From: an uncultured Acidobacteriota bacterium
GTDB taxonomy: Bacteria; Acidobacteriota; Thermoanaerobaculia; UBA5066
DNA: 64,000 nucleotides
Reading direction: 5' to 3'
NCBI GenBank assembly: GCA_963779415.1
Contig: CAVZYA010000002.1
Location: 1,088,001 to 1,152,000 of the forward strand
Part shown: positions 31,638 to 39,803 of the stretch, in pieces
How positions within the stretch are numbered: position 1 is the first letter of the stretch
How the letters are laid out: each line of letters starts with the position of its first letter
Notes under the pieces: generated by a model
The model's input: the letters and a program-made list of their open reading frames with translations, nothing else
Told to the model about the DNA's origin: nothing
Database searches by the model: none
Translations under genes and position numbers: made by a program

Positions 31638-34042
31638 GCGAAAGCGTCCCCGCTGCCCCCTCCGACGCCCCGGACCCGCTGCGTGGGTACCGGCTTGCGG
31701 CCGTCGCGGCGGCAGCCGTCGTCGTCCTCTCCGTTCCGCTCTACCTCGGGCTTCGCACCCTCGCCGGCCCGCCGAAGAGCGCGATCGCCTTGCCGCGCTA
31801 TGTCGGAAGCGACAGATGCGCGGCGTGCCACAAGCCGGCCTTCGACAAGTGGAAGGTCTCGAACCATGCCCTCGCCATGCAGGCGGCGAGACCGGAGACC
31901 GTTCTCGGCGACTTTTCCGGCGCGACCTTTCCGCACCGAGGAAAGACGTGGCGCTTCTACCGGCGTGGCGAGAAGTTCCTCGTCGATGCCGAAGGGCCCG
32001 ACGGCGCCCTCCACGAGTACGAGATCGCCTATACGTTCGGGATCCGGCCGCTCCAGCAGTACCTCGTCCCGTTCCCCGGGGGGCGCCTCCAGTGCCTTTC
32101 GGCCGCGTGGGACACGGAGAGGAAGCGCTGGTTCTTCGTCTACCCGGGGCGGGACGACATTCCGCCGGACGACTGGCTCCACTGGACGCGCCCGGGGCAG
32201 AACTGGAACACGATGTGCGCCGACTGCCACTCCACGGCGGTGCAGAAGCGCTACGACGTCGAGGCGGACCTCTTCCGGACGACCTGGTCCGAGATCGCGG
32301 TCGGCTGCGAGGCGTGCCACGGCCCGGGCTCTCTCCACGTCACGTGGGCCGACCAGCCGGCGATGGCGCGCCCTGCCGCCCCGAACTTCGCCCTGACGAC
32401 GAGGACGTCGAACCTCTCGAACGTCCAGCTCGTGACGCTCTGCATGCCCTGCCACTCCCGCCGCGCCCAGTTCGCCGACCAGGGAATGCCCGGCGGCGAG
32501 CCGCTCGACCACTATCTCCCGACGCTCCTCGGGCAAGGCGTCTTCCACGCCGACGGCCAGATCCTCGACGAGGACTTCGAGTACCACTCCTTCGTCCAGT
32601 CGAAGATGTATGCCAATAACGTCAAGTGCAGCGACTGCCACGACGTCCATCGCGCGCGGCGCTACAAGGAGGGAAACGACCTCTGCACACGCTGCCACCG
32701 GGCCGACACGTACGACGTCGAAACACACCATTTCCACAAGAAGATCGTGAAGGGAAAGTCGAGCGACGGCGCGCTCTGCACCTCGTGCCACATGCCGGGG
32801 CAGAACTTCATGGTCGTCCACTTCCGCCGCGACCACTCGATGCGCGTGCCGCGCCCCGACCTTTCCGTGTCGCTCGGAACGCCGAACGCGTGCAGCGCCG
32901 CGGGGTGCCATGCGGAGAAGCCCCTCTCGTGGTCCGTGGCCGCGTTCGAGAAGTGGTACGGCAAGGCGCGCAAGCCGCACTGGGGAACGGCGATCGCCGC
33001 CGGCCGGACCGGCACGCCCGAGGCGAAGGCGGGGCTCGTGACGCTGGCCGAGGACCTCCTCCGCCCCGCCATCGCGCGCGCCACGGCGCTCGATCTCCTC
33101 GGAGGTTACGGCGGCGCGGATGTCGAGGCGGTCTTCGATCGCACTCTCGCGGACCCCGACGCGTTGATCCGCCGGACCGCCGTGGCGCGGTTCCCCGGGC
33201 GAGACGCGGACCGGCTCGTCCGTCTTCTTTCGTCGCGCCTCTCGGACCCGGTGGCCGCCGTCCGGATGGAGGCGGCGGCCCGGCTGGCGGAGATTCCCGC
33301 CGCGAAGCGGACCGAAGCGCAGCGGGCCCTCGAGACGAAGGCCCTCGGGGAATACGTCGCCGCGCAGCGCTACATGTCCGACATGCCGTCGGGTCCCTTC
33401 AACCTGGGCAATCTCGCCATGGCGCAGGGGAATGCCGCCGAGGCGGAGCGCCAGTACCGGCGGTCGCTCCGGATCGACGACCGGAACGTCCTCGCGAAGG
33501 TCAACCTCTCGCTCCTTCTCGCGACAACGAACCGGATGGACGAAGCCGAGTCGCTTCTCCGTTCGGCCCGCGCATCGGGGGCGGGGGCGGCGACGATCTC
33601 GTTCAACCTCGGTTTGCTTCTGGCGGAGAGAGGAAAGAGCGCCGAGGCCGAGGAGGCGCTCCGTGCCGCGCTCAAGGCCGATCCGAATCTCGCTCCGGCG
33701 GCGTACAACCTCGGCGCCCTCGTCGGGGAGAAGAATCCGAGGGAAGGGGCGGCCCTCTGCCGTCGCGCCGCTGCCCTGAGCCCCGACCAGCCGCGATATG
33801 GCTTCTCCCAGGCCTTTTTCGAAGCTCGCGCCGGAGACTCACGGGCGGCGATCGCCACGCTGGAGACTCTGATCAAGCGACAGCCCGGCTATGCCGACGC
33901 CTGGCCGCTGCTCGGCCGGCTCTATCTCGGCGAGGGGCGCAAGGCGGACGCCCTTGCGCTCTACAGGAAAGGCGCCGAAACGGCGGAGCTTCCCGCGGAA
34001 GCGCGTAACGGACTCGCGGCGCTCGCGAAGAAGATTCAGTAG
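31634..34042 (+). CDS. Multiheme cytochrome c with HEAT and TPR repeats
   Basis: Seven CxxCH plus one CSAAGCH; N-terminal TM anchor; HEAT-like ADPDALIRRTA / SDPVAAVRMEA; TPR NLG repeats. Confidence 0.88.
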   Translation: MSESVPAAPSDAPDPLRGYRLAAVAAAAVVVLSVPLYLGLRTLAGPPKSAIALPRYVGSDRCAACHKPAFDKWKVSNHALAMQAARPETVLGDFSGATFPHRGKTWRFYRRGEKFLVDAEGPDGALHEYEIAYTFGIRPLQQYLVPFPGGRLQCLSAAWDTERKRWFFVYPGRDDIPPDDWLHWTRPGQNWNTMCADCHSTAVQKRYDVEADLFRTTWSEIAVGCEACHGPGSLHVTWADQPAMARPAAPNFALTTRTSNLSNVQLVTLCMPCHSRRAQFADQGMPGGEPLDHYLPTLLGQGVFHADGQILDEDFEYHSFVQSKMYANNVKCSDCHDVHRARRYKEGNDLCTRCHRADTYDVETHHFHKKIVKGKSSDGALCTSCHMPGQNFMVVHFRRDHSMRVPRPDLSVSLGTPNACSAAGCHAEKPLSWSVAAFEKWYGKARKPHWGTAIAAGRTGTPEAKAGLVTLAEDLLRPAIARATALDLLGGYGGADVEAVFDRTLADPDALIRRTAVARFPGRDADRLVRLLSSRLSDPVAAVRMEAAARLAEIPAAKRTEAQRALETKALGEYVAAQRYMSDMPSGPFNLGNLAMAQGNAAEAERQYRRSLRIDDRNVLAKVNLSLLLATTNRMDEAESLLRSARASGAGAATISFNLGLLLAERGKSAEAEEALRAALKADPNLAPAAYNLGALVGEKNPREGAALCRRAAALSPDQPRYGFSQAFFEARAGDSRAAIATLETLIKRQPGYADAWPLLGRLYLGEGRKADALALYRKGAETAELPAEARNGLAALAKKIQ

Positions 34043-34078
34043 AGTACCGATAAGAAAAGGAAGAAAAAGGCCAAGACG

Positions 34079-34774
34079 TTGACCATGCACGGATCGAAGG
34101 GCCAACCGCGCCCCGGGATCTGGCGTTACTCGGCGGCGGGCTTCCTCGCGACGCTCGTCCTGATGTTCGTGACGGAGCCGTACGTCGAGCGACTCCAGGA
34201 CGGCCGGATCATGGGTGCGGGGACCCTCACCCTCGTCCTCTTCTCCGCAGGGCTCGCGGTCGGTGAACGGAAGAAGCTCCTGATCTGGGCGGCGGTGCTG
34301 GGAATCCCTTCGATCCTCCTGAGCTGGCTCTGGCACTATCGTCCGGACCTCGTCTCCCGGGAGTACTCGATCGCGACCGGCCTCCTCTTCGTCCTTTTCG
34401 TCTCGTTCCGCCTCTTCCGCTTCGTCCTCGGGGCCCCGTCCGTCGACTCGGAAGTTCTCTGCGCAGCCGTCGCCACGTACCTCTTGCTCGCCCTCGGCTG
34501 GAGTTTCTCGTACATCCTCGTCGGGCTGGCCAACCCGCACGCTTTCGCCTGGGCGGCCGGTCCGGCGTTGGGCCAGGCCATGGACGGATTCACGGCGATC
34601 TACTACAGCCTCACCACGCAGGCCACGCTCGGGTACGGAGACATCGTCCCGGTCTCTCCCACAGCGCGGCTCCTCGCGATGTCGCAGGCCGTCGGGGGGA
34701 CGTTCTACATGACGCTCCTCGTCGCCCGACTGGTCACGCTCTACAGCGCGAGGCCGAAGTCCGGAAGGTCCTGA
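34079..34774 (+). CDS. Potassium channel family protein (Ion_trans_2)
   Basis: YYSLTTQATLGYGDI selectivity filter; multiple TM segments. Confidence 0.85.
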   Translation: MTMHGSKGQPRPGIWRYSAAGFLATLVLMFVTEPYVERLQDGRIMGAGTLTLVLFSAGLAVGERKKLLIWAAVLGIPSILLSWLWHYRPDLVSREYSIATGLLFVLFVSFRLFRFVLGAPSVDSEVLCAAVATYLLLALGWSFSYILVGLANPHAFAWAAGPALGQAMDGFTAIYYSLTTQATLGYGDIVPVSPTARLLAMSQAVGGTFYMTLLVARLVTLYSARPKSGRS

Positions 34775-34858
34775 AGAGATGAAAATGGCATACGATGCCG
34801 GCCCCGGCCACTGCCAGTCACCGGCAAAGTGGCCATGAAACAGGAGGATTCGCCGAAC

Positions 34859-35413
34859 ATGAGATCGCTGAAAACGGCCTTGACCGTCGTCGCCGCCATG
34901 GCGCTGTCGGCCTGCTCGACCCTGAAGACGTCCTACGATGCCAGGCCGGGGACGGACTTCTCGAAGTACAAGACGTTCGCCTTCAAGGACACCGAAGACA
35001 TCAAGAACACGATCCTCGTGGACCGGATCAAGGGCGCCCTCTCGACGCAGCTGACGGCCAAGGGCCTGACGAGAAACGAGAGCAACCCGGACCTCTGGGT
35101 CGTGGCCCACCCTCGCCTCTCGAAGCAGACCCAGATCAACACGTACAACACCGGCTGGGGCTACGGCTATTACGGGTACCGCGGCGGCATGGGAGGCATG
35201 GGAACCTCGACCTCGACCGTCGAAGAGATTCCCGTCGGAACGCTCGTCATCGACCTCGTCGACACGAAGGACAAGGAGCTGGTCTGGCGCGGTACCGCGA
35301 GCGACACCCTCCAGGAGAACGCCACTCCGGAGGAGCGGGACAAGAACCTGAACGCCGCCATGGCCAAGCTCTTCGAGAACTTCCCGCCGCCGTCGGCCGC
35401 CAAGGGCAAGTAG
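34859..35413 (+). CDS. DUF4136 lipoprotein
   Basis: ALSAC lipobox; DFSKYKTF and GTLVIDLVD..LVWRG motifs. Confidence 0.85.
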   Translation: MRSLKTALTVVAAMALSACSTLKTSYDARPGTDFSKYKTFAFKDTEDIKNTILVDRIKGALSTQLTAKGLTRNESNPDLWVVAHPRLSKQTQINTYNTGWGYGYYGYRGGMGGMGTSTSTVEEIPVGTLVIDLVDTKDKELVWRGTASDTLQENATPEERDKNLNAAMAKLFENFPPPSAAKGK

Positions 35414-35439
35414 GGCAGGAAGGAAGCTTCACTTTCGGG

Positions 35440-35484
35440 GCCGGGGGGAGCGCCGTCGCGGGTGCCTCCCCGGCTTTTTCTTTT
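35440..35484 (+). terminator. Rho-independent terminator
   Basis: GCCGGGGGGAGCGCC..GGTGCCTCCCCGGC stem followed by TTTTTCTTTT. Confidence 0.7.
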
Positions 35485-35502
35485 CGGACTCGCGCCCGCC
35501 CC

Positions 35503-36201
35503 TCATCCGTTCGTGGCGAAAAACGCCCGGATTGCGTCGAAAGAAGCCGACGGCGCGCGGTGGCCGCCGTCGAAGAGGAGGTGCTCGGCCGAGGCGAAGC
35601 GCGCCTCGAGTCGTCCCTTGTAAGGCGCGACCTTTCCGGGGGGGTACCACTCGTCCTGCCGGGTCGAGATGTGGAGGACGGGCGTGGCCTTCGAGAAGGA
35701 TGTCCCTCTCCCCCCGTCTTCCTTCCACTCTCCGGGAACGCCTCCGCAGAGTCCGACGACGGTGCGGAAGGAAGCGCCGTGCGGCGGGTCGAGGGCGAGC
35801 CGGTAGTTGAAGGAACAGGAGTGGCTGAAGCCGACGAGGGAGACGCGCGCGGGGTCCCCGCCCTGCTCGACGGCCCACTCGATGGCGGCGGCGACGGCCG
35901 CGCGATGAACGGCGCGGTTGTCCTCGACGTCGGGCGAGACGCCGAAGTGAAAGCCGACCTTGTGTTCCTCTTCGGAGGCTCCCGGGGCGTAGGCCGACTG
36001 CGGGCCCCGGATCGACACGAGGAGGAAGGAGCGCGGCGCGAATCGTTTCGCGAGGCCGAGCATCGGGAGGGCGTCCATCGCGTAGCCGTGCATCGCGAGA
36101 AGGACGGGAAATCGGCCGGCTCCCTGCTTCGAGGGAAGTGCCGGGAAGAGCCGGAGGGGAACGGGGATCGAGACGACGGAGGGGGCGGGCTTTTCGCTCA
36201 T
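35503..36201 (-). CDS. Phospholipase/carboxylesterase-type alpha/beta hydrolase
   Basis: MHGY, GFSHS elbow, QDEWYP and GGH motifs; ATG at 36201. Confidence 0.7.
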   Translation of the reverse strand: MSEKPAPSVVSIPVPLRLFPALPSKQGAGRFPVLLAMHGYAMDALPMLGLAKRFAPRSFLLVSIRGPQSAYAPGASEEEHKVGFHFGVSPDVEDNRAVHRAAVAAAIEWAVEQGGDPARVSLVGFSHSCSFNYRLALDPPHGASFRTVVGLCGGVPGEWKEDGGRGTSFSKATPVLHISTRQDEWYPPGKVAPYKGRLEARFASAEHLLFDGGHRAPSASFDAIRAFFATNG

Positions 36202-36261
36202 CGGGGACGAAGAGCCTAGCAGGCGGGAACAACACGCCCCCCGTTTTCGTATCAGGTTCCG

Positions 36262-37266
36262 ATGGCTCCCTCCGTCGAGGTCCATGCGCTGACGAAGGTT
36301 TATGGCCCCGGAACGGGGCGGCGCGGGATCCGCGCGCTCGACGGCGTGTCGTTCCGCGTGGAGCGGGGCGAACTCTTCGGCCTTCTCGGGCCGAACGGCG
36401 CGGGGAAGACGACGGCCGTGAAGATCCTCCTCGGCCTCACGCATCCGACCGAAGGCGAGGCGCGGCTGCAGGGTATGTCCGCGAGCGACCCGGCCAGCCG
36501 CCGCCACGTCGGCTACCTTCCTGAAGGGCACCGGTTCCCCGGTTACCTGACGGCCCGCGAGACGCTGCGGGTCTTCGGGAGGATGTCAGGGATGTCCCGC
36601 GAATCGATCTCGCGGCGGGTCCCGGAGCTTCTCGCCCGGGTGAAGCTCGCCGACTGGGCCGACGTGAAGGTGAAGAAATTCTCGAAAGGGATGACGCAGC
36701 GCCTCGGGCTCGCCGCCGCCCTCGTCCACGACCCCGACGTCCTCCTCCTCGACGAGCCGACGGACGGGGTCGACCCGGTCGGCCGGCGCGAGATCCGCGA
36801 CCTCCTCCGCGAGGAGGCGGCGCGCGGAAAGGCGATCCTCCTGAACTCGCACCTCCTCTCCGAGATCGAGGTGACCTGTGACCGCGTGGCCGTCCTCCGG
36901 AAGGGCAAGCTCGCGGCGATCGGGACGATCGAGGAGCTGACGGCGGGGACGAGAGATGGAGAACCGAGGAGTTCTTCGAAGGTGTACAGACTGGTCGCCT
37001 CTCCTCTCACCGAGGAACTCCTCGCGGCTCTGCGAGAGAAAGGCGCGGGGGCGGAGCGCTTGAACGGGCACGTGCAGCTGACGGCTCGCGACGTCGCCCA
37101 CCTCAACGAGCTGATCGACGAGCTGCGGGCGCGCGGAAGCGTCCTTTCAGAGTTGACGCCGGTCCGCTCGACCCTCGAAGACGTGTTCGTGGATCTCGTG
37201 CGGGCCGCCGCTCCGGCCAGCGATCCCCTCTCTTCACCTTCTGAGAAAAGCGACGTCACGGCCTGA
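36262..37266 (+). CDS. ABC transporter ATP-binding protein
   Basis: GPNGAGKT, FSKGM, LLDEP and SHLL motifs. Confidence 0.92.
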   Translation: MAPSVEVHALTKVYGPGTGRRGIRALDGVSFRVERGELFGLLGPNGAGKTTAVKILLGLTHPTEGEARLQGMSASDPASRRHVGYLPEGHRFPGYLTARETLRVFGRMSGMSRESISRRVPELLARVKLADWADVKVKKFSKGMTQRLGLAAALVHDPDVLLLDEPTDGVDPVGRREIRDLLREEAARGKAILLNSHLLSEIEVTCDRVAVLRKGKLAAIGTIEELTAGTRDGEPRSSSKVYRLVASPLTEELLAALREKGAGAERLNGHVQLTARDVAHLNELIDELRARGSVLSELTPVRSTLEDVFVDLVRAAAPASDPLSSPSEKSDVTA

Positions 37267-37281
37267 GGGAAGGTCACCGAG

Positions 37282-38136
37282 ATGCGAGCTTTGGCAGCCA
37301 ACATCGAAGACGTCTTTCGCGAGGCGGCGGCGCGCTGGACGCTCGTGGCGTACTTCGTCCTCTCGTCGCTCTTCATCCTCATCTTCGCCTCCGCCCTGAA
37401 CCTCGACGTCGTGAACGGCGCCCTCGCGGGCGCGAAGCTCTTCGGGAGAAGCGTCCGGATCGGGCACGGCGAAGTGGACCTCGACCGGCTCGTCCTCGGA
37501 TTCGAGGCGGGCTTCTCGGGGTTCCTCTACGTCGTCGGCACCTTCCTCGCGGTATTTGCGACGGCGCACCTCGTCCCGAGGCTCCAGGAGAAAGGGACGA
37601 TCGACCTCTACCTCTCGCGCCCCGTCGGGAGGGTCCCGCTCCTCCTCTCCCGCTATCTCGCCGGGCTCCTCCTCGCCGCCGCCAACGTCGTCTACCTCAT
37701 CGGCGCGATCTGGCTCGCCGTCATCATGAAGACGAGGGTGGTCCACCCCCGGTTCCTTCTTGCGGCAGCGATCATCCTCTTCGTCATCGCGGCGCTCCTG
37801 GCTTTCGCCTTCCTCGTCGGCGTCGTCACGTCGTCGACCGGCGTCTCGATCATGGCGACCTTCGCTCTCTTCTTTCTCGGAGCGATTCTCGCGGGGCACG
37901 AGAAGATCGAGGCGGCCGTGTCGTCCGAATGGGCGGCTCGGACGGTGCGAGTCCTTTACTGGATCCTCCCCAAGACGGCGGAGCTGGGCCGCGCCGTCGT
38001 GGCGCTCGTCTTCGGGAGCGAAGGGCCCGAGCGCCTGCGGGAAGGGCTGACCCTCGCGCCCTTCCTCACGACCTTCCTTTTCGGCCTCGGCTCGCTCGCT
38101 CTCGCCGCCGTGCTTTTCCGCAGAAAGGACTTCTGA
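37282..38136 (+). CDS. ABC-2 type permease
   Basis: 6 TM segments; EKGTIDLYLSRPVGR motif; FRRKDF C-terminus. Confidence 0.85.
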   Translation: MRALAANIEDVFREAAARWTLVAYFVLSSLFILIFASALNLDVVNGALAGAKLFGRSVRIGHGEVDLDRLVLGFEAGFSGFLYVVGTFLAVFATAHLVPRLQEKGTIDLYLSRPVGRVPLLLSRYLAGLLLAAANVVYLIGAIWLAVIMKTRVVHPRFLLAAAIILFVIAALLAFAFLVGVVTSSTGVSIMATFALFFLGAILAGHEKIEAAVSSEWAARTVRVLYWILPKTAELGRAVVALVFGSEGPERLREGLTLAPFLTTFLFGLGSLALAAVLFRRKDF

Positions 38137-38137
38137 C

Positions 38138-39115
38138 ATGAGACGAATCGCTCTTTCCCTTCTCCTCCTGGTCGCCGTCGCCTTCCCGGCCGCCGCGGCA
38201 AAGCCCGCCGACGACGCCCTCGCCCTGATCCCGCCGGATGCCGCGTCCGCCGGGCTCGTCCGCGTCCTCGATCTCCGGACGAGCCCGCTCTTCGAACGCG
38301 TCTTCAACGAGACGGGCCGGATGTCGGCCGACGCCGACGCGGCCCGCTTCCTCGCCGAGACGGGGCTCGACCCGAAGAAGGACGTCGACCTCGTCGTTTT
38401 CGCCGGCTCTCCGGGCCGGAGCGACGGCGGCTGGGTTCTCGTCGCCTTCGAGGGGCGCTTCGACGCGGCGAAGCTCGCCTCGGCGGCCGCGGAGCGCGGT
38501 GCCGGGAAGAAGACCACGGGCGACGGCGACTACTACCTTCTGAAGGAGATGAAGCACGGCGAGACCTCTCACGAGGGGGGTGCCATCGCCTTCGTCTCGA
38601 ACCGGCTTCTCGTGGCCGGGAGCGAATCGGCCGTGGCGCAGGCGCTCGCCCGGAGGGCCGCGGGGGGCGGGGGCTTCACCGCCGGTGCGGGGCTCGGCCG
38701 CGAGACCTCCCGCCTCGATCCGAAGGCGTCGGCATGGGTCCTCGTCGACGTGGCGAAGGTCCCGATGACAAGGCACGGGCACAGCGGGGACGGCGACAGT
38801 CCGGCTGCGGCCGTCATCTCGGCGATGAGATCGGTCTCGCTGGTCGCCCTCTCGGTCACCGTCGACGGCGACGCGCTGAAGCTCTCCGCGACGGGCGTCT
38901 CCACCGACGTCGAGTCTCGGCAGGACCTGGAAGACGCCATTCGCGGCGTCCTCGCCATCTGGCGGATGACGGTGCAGGAAAAGCACCCCGACCTCGTCCC
39001 GGTCCTCCGGGGATTCAAGGTGACTCAGGGAAAGGACAGCGTCACGCTCTCGGGAACGATCCCGGGCCCGACCCTGCGGGAGCTGGCGGCGAAGAAGGGG
39101 AACGCGGCGCATTGA
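38138..39115 (+). CDS. Hypothetical secreted protein
   Basis: Signal peptide, LALIPPDA N-terminus; starts 1 nt after the permease stop. Confidence 0.65.
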   Translation: MRRIALSLLLLVAVAFPAAAAKPADDALALIPPDAASAGLVRVLDLRTSPLFERVFNETGRMSADADAARFLAETGLDPKKDVDLVVFAGSPGRSDGGWVLVAFEGRFDAAKLASAAAERGAGKKTTGDGDYYLLKEMKHGETSHEGGAIAFVSNRLLVAGSESAVAQALARRAAGGGGFTAGAGLGRETSRLDPKASAWVLVDVAKVPMTRHGHSGDGDSPAAAVISAMRSVSLVALSVTVDGDALKLSATGVSTDVESRQDLEDAIRGVLAIWRMTVQEKHPDLVPVLRGFKVTQGKDSVTLSGTIPGPTLRELAAKKGNAAH

Positions 39116-39162
39116 AGACCATGGGCATAGAATCCGCCTTCTGAAAAGGAGGATTCCCCCAA

Positions 39163-39729
39163 ATGAGAACGTGGAAAACCCCGATTGCCCTTGCGGCGTT
39201 TCTCGCCGCCACCCTTTCCGTTTCGGCAGCTGACGAGCCGAAAGCAAAACCGCACTCGATCTCCCAGACCGAGACCGTCACCGCGACGATCACCGCCATC
39301 AACCCGGCGACGCGCGAGATCACTTTCAAGGGACCGGAAGGCAACTCGGTCACCCTGGTGGCCACCGAGGCGGTCAAGCGCTTCAACGAGCTGAAGGTCG
39401 GTGACCAGGTGAAGATCACCTACACCGAGTCGCTTGCGGCGCGCATCGCCAAGCCGGGAGAGGCCGCGACGTCCGCCGCCGGAGAGATGGGCCGGTCGAC
39501 GGGGCCGAAGCCGGGCGGCGCGGCGAAGGCCGAGGTGACGGTCGTCGTCACGCTCGAGAACGTCGACCCGAAGGTCCCGTCCGTCACATTCAAGACGGCG
39601 AACGGAGAGATGCACACGGTCCACGTCAGGCACGCGAAGAATCTCGAGGGCTACAAGGCGGGGGACAAGGTCGCGCTCACCTACACGGAGTCGCTGGCCA
39701 TCGACGTCGAGCCCGCAGCGAAGAAGTAG
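39163..39729 (+). CDS. Secreted protein with two OB-fold-like repeats
   Basis: Signal peptide; repeats ending ELKVGDQVKITYTESLA and GYKAGDKVALTYTESLA; AGGAGG RBS. Confidence 0.75.
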   Translation: MRTWKTPIALAAFLAATLSVSAADEPKAKPHSISQTETVTATITAINPATREITFKGPEGNSVTLVATEAVKRFNELKVGDQVKITYTESLAARIAKPGEAATSAAGEMGRSTGPKPGGAAKAEVTVVVTLENVDPKVPSVTFKTANGEMHTVHVRHAKNLEGYKAGDKVALTYTESLAIDVEPAAKK

Positions 39730-39756
39730 CTTCCGGAAATTCCCCGGAAAAAGGAG

Positions 39757-39788
39757 AGGAGGCGCCGAAGGGCGCCTCCTTTTTTTTT
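39757..39788 (+). terminator. Rho-independent terminator between convergent genes
   Basis: AGGAGGCGCC-GAAG-GGCGCCTCCT followed by a T run. Confidence 0.85.
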
Positions 39789-39803
39789 CGGCGGAACGGG
39801 CGA

